Assembly: GCA_965198285.1 (NCBI GenBank)
Contig: OZ240251.1
Span: forward strand, 624,220 to 688,219
Length of the DNA: 64,000 nt
Source of the DNA: Chloroflexota bacterium
GTDB taxonomy: Bacteria; Chloroflexota; UBA11872
Direction: 5' to 3'
A program made the translations under genes and the position numbers. Positions 28,727 through 37,294 of the stretch are shown here, piece by piece; the stretch's first letter is position 1, and the number at the start of each line of letters is the position of its first letter. The notes under the pieces are model-generated. The model made no database searches. It was not told where the DNA came from and saw only the letters and a program-made list of their open reading frames with translations.

Positions 28727-29659
28727 ATGGCTACCCGAATTGACACGGATCTCCCGTTCTCGCTGGGCGTGGTCAACAGTGAGATCTCATCGGATGTAGA
28801 TGTCGGCGTGGCCGTCGCCGCCGACCTCGGCATGTCCGGAATCGAAATCGAGGACTTTTGGGGTCGGGCGGCCTGGCAGTGCGACGACGCCGCGCTTGAG
28901 CGCACCCGCGCCTCCGTCGAACGCGGCGGTCTCAGCGTGTCCGCCGTCGGCACGCAGGCATTCAAGATCCTGATCCTGCCGCCGCGCGATGTGGGCGACC
29001 TGGCCTCGATCGACGGCTGGGACCAGCACCGCATCGAACTCGAAGGCGGCATCCGCGTCGCCCAGGCGCTTGATTCGCCCTACGTCAGGGTCTTTTCCTG
29101 CCGCCGTGACGGCATGGTGGGCATGGGCAATCCAAGCCCGCGCTACCCGGACGGCGGCCCGCTGCCGGCCGACTGCTTGGCCGGGATCGCCGCCGTATTG
29201 CGCGACGCCGGTGACCGCGCCGACGCCGCCGGCCTGACGCTGCTGGTCGAAAACGTCCGCAGCTGCTGGGGCAACACGGCCGTAAACACCGTGCGCATCC
29301 TGGAAGCCACCGATCACCCACGGGTCAAGCTGAACTGGGACCCGTCCAACGGCTTCGTGTCCGGCGGCAACCCCTTTCCGCCCGGCTACGAGCTCGCCCG
29401 TCCATGGACTGCCCATGTCCACGTCAAGGATGCGCGCGTCGTCGATCCCTCGACCGGCCTGATCGCCTGGGAGTGTGTGGGCCGCGGTGAGGTGGACTTC
29501 GTCGGCCAACTCCGTGCCCTGATCGCGGACGGATTCGGGGGCGCGGTGAACCTGGAAACGCACTGGCACCCCGAGGGCCGCAGCAAGGAAGCGAACTCAC
29601 GCGAATCCTTCGCCGGAATGCTGCAGGCGCTCGATCTCGCCCGGCGCGACGGTGCGTGA
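28727..29659 (+). CDS. sugar phosphate isomerase/epimerase (xylose isomerase-like TIM barrel)
   Basis: ...LTLLVENV...HVHVKDA...NLETHWHPEG, a typical AP-endonuclease-2/xylose-isomerase-like fold. Confidence 0.75.
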   Translation: MATRIDTDLPFSLGVVNSEISSDVDVGVAVAADLGMSGIEIEDFWGRAAWQCDDAALERTRASVERGGLSVSAVGTQAFKILILPPRDVGDLASIDGWDQHRIELEGGIRVAQALDSPYVRVFSCRRDGMVGMGNPSPRYPDGGPLPADCLAGIAAVLRDAGDRADAAGLTLLVENVRSCWGNTAVNTVRILEATDHPRVKLNWDPSNGFVSGGNPFPPGYELARPWTAHVHVKDARVVDPSTGLIAWECVGRGEVDFVGQLRALIADGFGGAVNLETHWHPEGRSKEANSRESFAGMLQALDLARRDGA

Positions 29660-31055
29660 GCCGTCGGTTCTCATCAGAGCCGACCCGCCGGTCGCCGACG
29701 CTGAGATCGCCGCCGGACAGGCCGCTGTCGGCTACGTCAACGGATTGATCCAGGGCCCCGCCGGACCAACCACGCAGCGCACGCTCGAACAGTCCATTCA
29801 GGCCGGTGAACGTCGGCTGGCTCGCTTCCGCCGCTTCCTCGCCACCCTCGGCAACCCGCAGGATGGCTTGCGCTGCGTGCACGTCGGCGGAACCTCCGGT
29901 AAGGGGTCGGTGGCCGCCAAGCTGGCGGCTGGGCTTTCTGCCACCGGCCTGCGCGCGGGCCTGCACTGCACCCCGTACCTGCAGACCGCGCTGGAAAAGT
30001 TCGACTGCGACGGCCGGCTGGCCCGTCCCTCGGAACTGGTCGAACTGGTCGACTGGATCCGCCCGCACGTCGACCGATTCGCCGCCACCGATCCCGACGG
30101 CCCGCCCACCTACGGCATGGTGTGGGTGGCGCTCACGCTGGAGTACTTCCATCGCGCGGGCGTGGACATCGCCGTGATGGAAGTGGGCGCCGGCGGTCGC
30201 TTCGACCTGACCAACGTGGTTCAACCTGACCTGGCGCTGATCACCAGCGTGGGGCCCGACCATCTCAAGAGCCTCGGCGGCACGCTGGAAACCGTGGCCT
30301 GGCACAAGGCCGGCATCTTCAAGCCCGGTGCCGCCGCCCTCTGCGGCTCGCTCCCGCCCGAGGCGCAGCCACCAGTGCGCGAAGCGGCGGCCGCTATCGG
30401 TCAACCGCTCATCGAAGTCCCGCTGGACGGCCCCGACTTCCGATCGCGCAATACCCACCTGGCCGAGGCGGCGCTGGAGGTCATCGGCACGCCTCACCGG
30501 TCACTCACGCCAGAGGTCAGGCGCGCTGCCGCCCAGGGACGCCTGGCCGGCCGCTTCGAACGCATGCCAGGCCAACCCGCCGTGTACCTGGACGGTGCCC
30601 ACAACCGCGACAAGGCGCGGGCCCTCGGCCAGGTGATTGCTGCCGCGGACCTGCCCCGCCCGCGCGTCGGACTGATCGGCATGGTCGGCTATCGCGCCGC
30701 CTCGGACGTGCTGCCGCAGCTCCTGCCCCACCTCGACTGCTGGGTAGCCACCGAGCCGCAGGTCTACCGGAAGCCGGCCCTACCCGTCGGCCTGCTCGCC
30801 GACGCGGGCGACAAACTCGGTCAGGCGCCTATCGCCCAGGCCTCGGACCCGCACGATGCGCTGCAGGCGGCGCTGGCGCTGGCCGGCAACCATGGCTCGG
30901 TCCTGGCCGGCGGCTCCGTGTACCTGGCCGGCAACCTGCGCGCCGCCTGGTACCCAACGCGGTCGGTCGTGCGCGAACGCACCATGTGGCCGGGGTCGCA
31001 CCCGACCGGGCCGCACGGACGCGCCGCGCTGGCCGATACTTACCCACAGACCTGA
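29652..31055 (+). CDS. folC: folylpolyglutamate synthase / dihydrofolate synthase (Mur ligase family)
   Basis: ...RCVHVGGTSGKGSV (P-loop)...VMEVGAGGRFDLTNVV...DGAHN. Confidence 0.8.
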   Translation: MREPSVLIRADPPVADAEIAAGQAAVGYVNGLIQGPAGPTTQRTLEQSIQAGERRLARFRRFLATLGNPQDGLRCVHVGGTSGKGSVAAKLAAGLSATGLRAGLHCTPYLQTALEKFDCDGRLARPSELVELVDWIRPHVDRFAATDPDGPPTYGMVWVALTLEYFHRAGVDIAVMEVGAGGRFDLTNVVQPDLALITSVGPDHLKSLGGTLETVAWHKAGIFKPGAAALCGSLPPEAQPPVREAAAAIGQPLIEVPLDGPDFRSRNTHLAEAALEVIGTPHRSLTPEVRRAAAQGRLAGRFERMPGQPAVYLDGAHNRDKARALGQVIAAADLPRPRVGLIGMVGYRAASDVLPQLLPHLDCWVATEPQVYRKPALPVGLLADAGDKLGQAPIAQASDPHDALQAALALAGNHGSVLAGGSVYLAGNLRAAWYPTRSVVRERTMWPGSHPTGPHGRAALADTYPQT

Positions 31056-31080
31056 CGCGAGGCCCGCAGCTATGGACGAA

Positions 31081-31482
31081 CCCGAAGACGAGGGCCTGAC
31101 CTACACGCTGGAGGAAGCCACTCAGCTCCTGCCGGAAGTGCGTCGCATCGTTGGCCGCCTGCAGCGGGTCTGGATAGACGCCGGGTCCGAACGGCGCGGG
31201 TTCGAGGCCGCCCAGACCTCCAGCCGCCGCACCCCGGTCGAGGTCAGCCTGGCCCACCAGGCGCTGGTCGCCGCCCTCTGGGACGTGCAGCCGCTCGTCG
31301 CCTGGCTCCGGTCGCGCAACATCGAGCTGCGCGACCCCGCCACCGGCCTCATCGACTTCCCCTCACAGATCGAGGGCGAAGACGCCTTCCTCTGCTGGCG
31401 CCTCGGCGAAGACGCCATCGACTACTGGCACACCCGCGACGAAGGCTTCGACAACCGCAAACCCCTCCCGCCCGACGCCTGA
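31081..31482 (+). CDS. hypothetical protein (possibly DUF2203-like)
   Basis: 133 aa from the ATG; the longer ORF upstream overlaps the folC 3' end. Confidence 0.4.
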   Translation, partial: PEDEGLTYTLEEATQLLPEVRRIVGRLQRVWIDAGSERRGFEAAQTSSRRTPVEVSLAHQALVAALWDVQPLVAWLRSRNIELRDPATGLIDFPSQIEGEDAFLCWRLGEDAIDYWHTRDEGFDNRKPLPPDA

Positions 31483-31547
31483 GCGCCCGGTCGGCCTGCT
31501 GCCATTGCCCTCTCCTGGTGGAAAGGGCAGCGCGAGGGTCTTCCCGG

Positions 31548-31820
31548 TTAGCCGCCGGCCACCGACGGCACGATCGACACCTCATCGCCCGGGCCGACTT
31601 CGGTGGCGAAGCCTTCCCGGTAGCGGATGTCCTCGCCGTCCACGTAGATGTTGACGAAACGCCGCAGTTCCCCGTCTTCGTCCAGGATGCGCTCGGAGAA
31701 TCCGGGGTGCGTGGCGTTCAGCTTTGCCACCAGGTCAGCGACGTTGGTGGCGTCGATCTCCACACTGTTCTTTCCGTCCGTCAGGCTGCGGAGCGGGGTT
31801 GGAATTCGGACACGGGGCAT
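31548..31820 (-). CDS. MoaD/ThiS-family sulfur carrier protein (C-terminal GG)
   Basis: 90 aa ending ...VSIVPSVAGG; beta-grasp sulfur carrier (CysO/MetO-like). Confidence 0.8.
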   Translation of the reverse strand: MPRVRIPTPLRSLTDGKNSVEIDATNVADLVAKLNATHPGFSERILDEDGELRRFVNIYVDGEDIRYREGFATEVGPGDEVSIVPSVAGG

Positions 31821-31840
31821 GGGTGCGTCTCCTGCGCGAA

Positions 31841-33088
31841 TTAGGCCGGCGTCAGCACGCCGCGGTCGGCCAGCGTCTGCTCGAACGACGTAATGCTCGG
31901 TCTGATCTCAAAGCGGGCGTCCACTCGGCCGTCGATGGCCTCCTGCGTCTTGAGCCCGTTGCCGGTCACCAGCGCCACCGTCAGGTCGTCCCGACCGATC
32001 ACGCCGCGCTCGGCAAGCTTGGCCAGCACCGCAATTGTGACGCCGCCGGCGGTCTCGGCAAAAACGCCCTCGGTGGAGGCCAGCAGTTGCATCGCCGCCA
32101 CGATCTCGTCGTCGGTGACCGACTCGATCACGCCATCCACCGCCTGCGCCAGCTTCAACGAGTAGAAGCCGTCCGCCGGGTTGCCGATCGCCAGCGACTT
32201 GGCCACGGTGTCGGGACGCCGCACGGGCCGGTAGGTGGTCTGGCCGCGCGCAAAGGCCTCGGCCACCGGCGCGCAGCCATCCGCCTGGGCGCCGTGGATG
32301 CGGGTGGACTGGCTATCCAGCAGCCCCACGTCCACCAACTCCTTCATGGCCTTCCCCATCTTGGTGTAGAGCGAGCCGGACGCGATCGGCGCCACGATGT
32401 GATCGGGCGCCACCCAGCCAAGCTGTTCCACCGACTCGAAGGCCAGTGTCTTGGAGCCTTCGGCGTAGTACGGGCGGATGTTGATGTTGCAGAAAGCCCA
32501 GTTATAGAGGTCGGCGATTTCGCTGCACAGCCGGTTCAGCTCGTCGTAGGTGCCGTCCACGGCCACGATGGCGGCCCCGTAGACCGCCGCCCCGCGCACC
32601 TTGCCAATCTCCAGGTCGGCCGGCATGAACACGTAGGTGGGCATGCCATGCCGCGCCCCGGCGGCGGACGCCGCCCCGGCCAGGTTGCCGGTGGAGGCAC
32701 ACGCGAAGGTCTCGAACCCGAACTCGCGGGCCTTCGTGATCGCCACCGCCACCACCCGGTCCTTGAAGGAGTAGGTGGGGTTGACGGTGTCGTTCTTGAT
32801 GTAGAGGTTGGTCAGGCCCAGCCGGTCGCCCAGGTTGTCCGCGCGCTGCAGCGGCGTGAACCCAACCGGCCAGGTCTCGTCCCAGCCCCCCTCCACCGGC
32901 AGCAACTCGTGGTAGCGCCACAGCGTGGGCGGCCGGGCGGCAATGGCATCGCGCGAGATGGTCTCGCGGATGGCGGCGTAATCGAACTGCGCTTCCAGCG
33001 GCCCGAAATCGAACTCGCAGATGTGCGTGGCCAGCAGCGGATAGGCGCGGCTGCACTCGCGACAGCGAAGCGTCTGAGTCGTGGACAT
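31841..33088 (-). CDS. threonine synthase-like PLP enzyme (MetM/ThrC-like)
   Basis: N-terminal Zn-ribbon-like CRECS...HICEF, then ...YIKNDTVNPTYSFKDRVVAV (PLP Lys)...GNLAGAASAAGARHGMPTYVFMP.... Located downstream of a SAM-I riboswitch. Confidence 0.8.
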   Translation of the reverse strand: MSTTQTLRCRECSRAYPLLATHICEFDFGPLEAQFDYAAIRETISRDAIAARPPTLWRYHELLPVEGGWDETWPVGFTPLQRADNLGDRLGLTNLYIKNDTVNPTYSFKDRVVAVAITKAREFGFETFACASTGNLAGAASAAGARHGMPTYVFMPADLEIGKVRGAAVYGAAIVAVDGTYDELNRLCSEIADLYNWAFCNINIRPYYAEGSKTLAFESVEQLGWVAPDHIVAPIASGSLYTKMGKAMKELVDVGLLDSQSTRIHGAQADGCAPVAEAFARGQTTYRPVRRPDTVAKSLAIGNPADGFYSLKLAQAVDGVIESVTDDEIVAAMQLLASTEGVFAETAGGVTIAVLAKLAERGVIGRDDLTVALVTGNGLKTQEAIDGRVDARFEIRPSITSFEQTLADRGVLTPA

Positions 33089-33293
33089 GCGGATGATCCT
33101 TGGCAGAGGCGCCGACGGAGATGTCAGCGGATGGCGAATTCCCCTATTGCCGGGTGACCCGGCCGGCCCGCGTCATGCGCGGGCGCGGGCATCGCCATCA
33201 GCCGCCGAATAGCAAGGGACGATGTGTCCATCACTCCGTCACAACCCCTTGGCGCCGTGCGCCCCGCCCTGGGGCGCTGCTTCGCGCCGGTGA

Positions 33294-33412
33294 CCCTCTC
33301 ATCTTGCAGCACGCGCTGCCGGAATTGGCACCCTCTCGAGCGTTCGCCCGAAGGTTGCCCGGCTTCGTTGGGCCGACTCCCTCCACCAATCGTGATGAGA
33401 GGTATGTCACGT
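33294..33412 (-). promoter_or_regulatory. SAM-I (S-box) riboswitch
   Basis: Minus strand: CUCUCAUCACGAUUGGUGGAGGGAGUCGGCCCAACGAAGCCGGGCAACC...GGUGCCAAUUCCGGCAGCG...GCUGCAAGAUGAGAGG. This matches the SAM-I consensus helix by helix (P1 CUCUCAUC/GAUGAGAG, and GGUGCCAAUUCC) and lies ~200 nt upstream of the ThrC-like gene. Confidence 0.8.
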
Positions 33413-33863
33413 CAAACTTGGTGTCCCGCCAGCCTAGCACCCATACCTGCCACGCTGCGGGGGCGCGTCGGCCACATCGAGCCGTTCGCTTCCGCAAGCG
33501 GCCGGCCCCGTACGTCGATCGGCGCTTGTGACACTGCGCGACCCGCCCATCGGGGCGTGCTTCATCTGCAACCCCAGGCGCCACGTGCCCGACATCGCCA
33601 CCTTCCAGGCCCTCGGCTTCTACTGGTGCAACGTGACGGTGGCCGACGCCGCCTTCTTCGCCCGCATCACCCCCGGCCCCCCATCCGCCCCGCCCCGGCC
33701 CGCGGCGACTATCCCAACTGCCTCACCAGCTAGCTGTACTGCCTACACACCTGCGAGACACCCGCCAGTCGCGGAACCTCTAACGAGACCTGGAGGCGCC
33801 ACACACCAACGTCTCAACGGAAGTTTCGATGGCTCATGCTTCGGGATACCCTCAGCGGATGCG

Positions 33864-34613
33864 TCATTCGTTCGAGCTCCGCTGCGGAGCGGTGTCGTTG
33901 ATGGCGGCCGGGGTCGGGCCGGGCGTGGCGGCGCGCGTGGTCGGCACGATCCGCACGTCATCCAGCAGGCCATTGCGCACCGCCCACACCACCACTTCCT
34001 GCTTCGAGCCGACGCCCAGCTTGCGCTGGATGCCGTAGACGGCATTGCGGATGGACACTGGCTTCAGGCTGCGGACCTCCGCGATCTGGGTGTACGACAT
34101 CCCCTGGGCGAACGACGTGAGGATCTCCCGCTCCCGCGGCGTCAGGTTGGGCCCTCCGGTCATGGCCGCTGCCGATCCGCTCCGAATGGCCGCGAACACC
34201 CGCCGGAGGACGCTGGCGGGCACGCACGGCTCGCCCGCGGCCACGGCGCGGACCGCGGCCAGGAGCCGTTCCCCATCGAAGGCCTTCTGCAGGTAGCCCG
34301 TCGCGCCGGCGGCGACCGCGTCGATCACCGCGTCTTCCTCGGTTGAGGCCGTCAGCATGAGCACGCGCGTATGCGAGGCGGACGCCATGATCTCCCGACA
34401 CGCCTCCACGCCATCTTGGTGCGGCATCATCACGTCCATCACGACGACATCGGGGGCTAGCTCCGCGGCCGCCGTCACCGCTTCCGCCCCGTCTTTGGCC
34501 TCCCCGACGACTTCGAAAGCTCCGGACCCCTCCAGGATCAGCTTGAGGCCGTCCCGCACGACCGAATGGTCGTCAGCGAGCAAGACCCGGATGCGCGGGG
34601 GCGTGGCGGCCAC
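33864..34613 (-). CDS. LuxR/NarL-family response regulator
   Basis: ...VLLADDHSVVRDGL...VVVMDVMMP (receiver)...LTPREREILTSFAQGMSYTQIAEVRSLKPVSIRNAVYGIQRKLG (LuxR HTH). Confidence 0.85.
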   Translation of the reverse strand: MAATPPRIRVLLADDHSVVRDGLKLILEGSGAFEVVGEAKDGAEAVTAAAELAPDVVVMDVMMPHQDGVEACREIMASASHTRVLMLTASTEEDAVIDAVAAGATGYLQKAFDGERLLAAVRAVAAGEPCVPASVLRRVFAAIRSGSAAAMTGGPNLTPREREILTSFAQGMSYTQIAEVRSLKPVSIRNAVYGIQRKLGVGSKQEVVVWAVRNGLLDDVRIVPTTRAATPGPTPAAINDTAPQRSSNE

Positions 34614-34614
34614 G

Positions 34615-35832
34615 CTAGGCCTCCGTTCGGTGGCGCGCGAGGGGCATCACGCATGTCACGCTCGCCCCGCCGGTCGACCCTCGCGGTTCCACGCGCAGAC
34701 ATCCGCCCAGCCGCTCGGCGTCCGCCCGCATGTTGGCGAAGCCGTGGCCGCGGTCGGCGTAGTCGACGGGGAGACCCATGCCGTCGTCCGAGACCGACAA
34801 CCGGAGACGATCCTCGCCGAAGGCGAGTTCCACCAGCACCCGGCTCGCCTCCGCATGGCGAAACGCGTTGGTGAGGGCGTTGTGGGCCATGGCGAACAGC
34901 CGGTTCCTGGCCTCCACCGAGAGGGGTGGCTCCACCCCGTGCTGGGCCAGGTCCGCCTGGACCGATGTGATCTGGGTGAAGGTCGAGACGTGGGACTCCA
35001 GGGTCCTGCCCAGCCCCCGGCCGTCGAAGATCCGCCCCACGTCAATCGGGTGTCGCAGCTGCCAGATAGCCGTCTTCGACAGCTTGGCGGTCGCGTCCAG
35101 CCTGGTTTTCACCTCCGCGTTCGAGTCGCCGACCAGGCGCTGCACCTCGTCGATCCCCAGGCCGATCATGAACGCCGACTGCGCGGTCGTATCGTGAATG
35201 GCGTGGGAGAGTTCGATGCGCTCCCGCTGCAGCGCTCGCTCCCGCGCCACCGCCTCCATCCTCCTGATCCGCTCCACCCTGGAGATCAGATTGACGACAA
35301 CCACAACCAGGTACATCCCGGCAACCCGGATGAGCAGAATCTCTTCATCATTCCCTGAGACGTCCAACCCGGGCTCGACCGCGAGGCAGAGCGCGGTGTA
35401 GACGACCGCCGTCATCGTGACCCAGGCCAGCGCGAGCCGCACCGATCCGACGACCACCGCGAACATGGCCAGGCATGGGTAATACCCCACGAAGAAGGGG
35501 GTCTCGAACCCGCGGTGCGCCGCAACGCCGGCGCTGAGCAGCGCCAGGTCCAGGGCACTTGGCGCCAGCATCCACCGCCAGGACAGGGTCCCTTTCGTGG
35601 CGAGCCGATAGTGCAAGCATCCGTTGCTGGCGAGCAGCAGCAGGGCTAGGGCAACGTTCGGAGGATAGATCACCTCGGCGACGTTGAGTGGGTACAGCCA
35701 GGCGAACGTGGCCAGCGCCCAGACGAACCAGCGTGCCCAGACATACACCCTGGCCACGAGGCGCAATTCGCCCGGCTCCGGCAAGTCGAATCTGCGCAGG
35801 AAGGCTGGAAACCCGCTGGCCGCGGTGCTCAC
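34615..35832 (-). CDS. sensor histidine kinase (HisKA_3 / NarX-like), membrane-bound
   Basis: N-terminal transmembrane helices...LSHAIHDTTAQSAFMI (H-box)...HATPase_c region GDDGMGLP. Confidence 0.85.
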   Translation of the reverse strand: MSTAASGFPAFLRRFDLPEPGELRLVARVYVWARWFVWALATFAWLYPLNVAEVIYPPNVALALLLLASNGCLHYRLATKGTLSWRWMLAPSALDLALLSAGVAAHRGFETPFFVGYYPCLAMFAVVVGSVRLALAWVTMTAVVYTALCLAVEPGLDVSGNDEEILLIRVAGMYLVVVVVNLISRVERIRRMEAVARERALQRERIELSHAIHDTTAQSAFMIGLGIDEVQRLVGDSNAEVKTRLDATAKLSKTAIWQLRHPIDVGRIFDGRGLGRTLESHVSTFTQITSVQADLAQHGVEPPLSVEARNRLFAMAHNALTNAFRHAEASRVLVELAFGEDRLRLSVSDDGMGLPVDYADRGHGFANMRADAERLGGCLRVEPRGSTGGASVTCVMPLARHRTEA

Positions 35833-36403
35833 TCGATGCAGGACGTGTCTCCAATGGATTGGATTCCGGCGGATTGCCGCTGAAATGAGATATTTCCCTC
35901 TCCCCGGGGCGGTGGGCTCAGTCTCGAGTCGGTGACGGCCACCGCCGTGACACGGGCCATGTTGAGCCTGGACGAGGTGACGAACACCGCGAAGCAGGCC
36001 AACACCGGGTTGTACAGCAGGTGGATGCCGTGGTGGCCGAGACCGCCGCCCACCGCGGCGGCCCCGATACCACCGCCGTGTCCACCGCGGATTGCGCGAA
36101 GATCCAGCGCCAGGTGATCAGCCTTCCCGATGCCAGCCGGTAGTGCGGGCAGCCCGTGAACGCGACTAGGGCGAGAAACAGCAACGCATACGCGGCATAG
36201 GTGGCTGCCCCCCACGCCGGGCGGCAGACCAGTTGCACCAAGCACGTGGCGGCGAAGAACCAGTGGATCCGGACGAGCATGGTCGCCACGTGTCGGAGAC
36301 CGTCCGGGTCGGTCCGGTCGATCGTCCAGCCGCTGACCCGCACGGCGCCGGCGGCTGCTCTGATCAGCCGCAAGCCACGGGTCCTGTGGACCGACGCAAA
36401 CAT
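35829..36403 (-). pseudogene. frameshifted paralog of the sensor-kinase N-terminal membrane domain
   Basis: Two overlapping minus-strand ORFs in different frames (35918..36403 and 35829..36245) both resemble the transmembrane region of the adjacent kinase (...GCPHYRLASGRLITWRW... vs ...GCLHYRLATKGTLSWRW...). No kinase core follows. Confidence 0.4.
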
Positions 36404-36699
36404 TCGCTGCTCCCGAACGTCCCTGAGATGCTGCAGCGCCGCCCTAGGTCTAACGAGCGCACCATCGGGTTACGCCGACCAATCTATCCGCGTTTTGTGG
36501 TGGCCGCAAGATCAAATGTGCGCCACCTGACATAGCAAACATACCCTCCCCTGATATAGCAAAAGTACCTCCCGGAATGGGGCACATGCCCGTCGCAGGG
36601 CCGGATATGTGAGCTGACATGCCCGCCAGGCTGATCGACGTCAAATTAGCATGGTCGTGTGCTGATCCCGACGGGGCCGCGCCATGAGCTTCGGCGCCC

Positions 36700-36835
36700 G
36701 AGATAGGGCAAATGAACCCTGATGGATAGGGGCATATAAACCCTATGCACAGGTTCATATGCCCATGCTTATAGCAGCACTAGTATCCTCGATTAATGTG
36801 TTGTTTGACTCTTGTCGTTGGCATGGACTACATGG
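36700..36835. promoter_or_regulatory. AT-rich element upstream of giant gene 1, with TAGGG-N8-9-CCCTA palindromes and a conserved ATGTGTTGTT...GGCATG box
   Basis: TAGGGCAAATGAACCCTGA (36706-), TAGGGGCATATAAACCCTAT inside the inverted repeat GGGCATATAAACC/GGTTCATATGCCC (36729..36764), and ATGTGTTGTTTGACTCTTGTCGTTGGCATGGA (36797..36828). A homologous block lies upstream of giant gene 2. Confidence 0.5.
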
Positions 36836-37294
36836 CAACCTATCGTGAAGTCAATCTGGTCGGCTGGCCGCCGACTCTTTGGCGCCCAATCTTCGTCGCG
36901 AGAAGGATGACTTGTCCCAATCTATGAGGAGATTAATTCCTGGACGGAAACGCGACAGCGGTCACACCGGACACCCACGCCGCCGAAACGAGCGTGCCCG
37001 AGGCCGCCTTGTAGCGTCTTACCCCCCAGGGGTCGCCCTCTGCTCCAGCCCCCGTCCCCTCCAGCTCATACCGGCAGGCCCGATCCCAACCTATCGCCGC
37101 GGTCTCTCAGTGCGCTCCCGAAGCAACCGGAGTCCTCGAACGACGCCTTCCCGCGGGCTTCGCACGTCCCGCACTCACCCGAAACAGCCTTCAACCATGC
37201 AACGCCCTACGCCGCTGCGCGCCGCTCCTCTATCGGCTGACGCCCGCGGACCGGACGGGCTGCGTCCCACACCACCACACCAGCACAGGGAGGA

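Noticed and set aside
33100-33860. ORFs called in 33100-33860 (for example 33224..33733+, 33231..33584-)
   Set aside because: This region is the riboswitch plus its expression platform and the promoter region of the response-regulator gene. The ORFs have no family resemblance and overlap the riboswitch.
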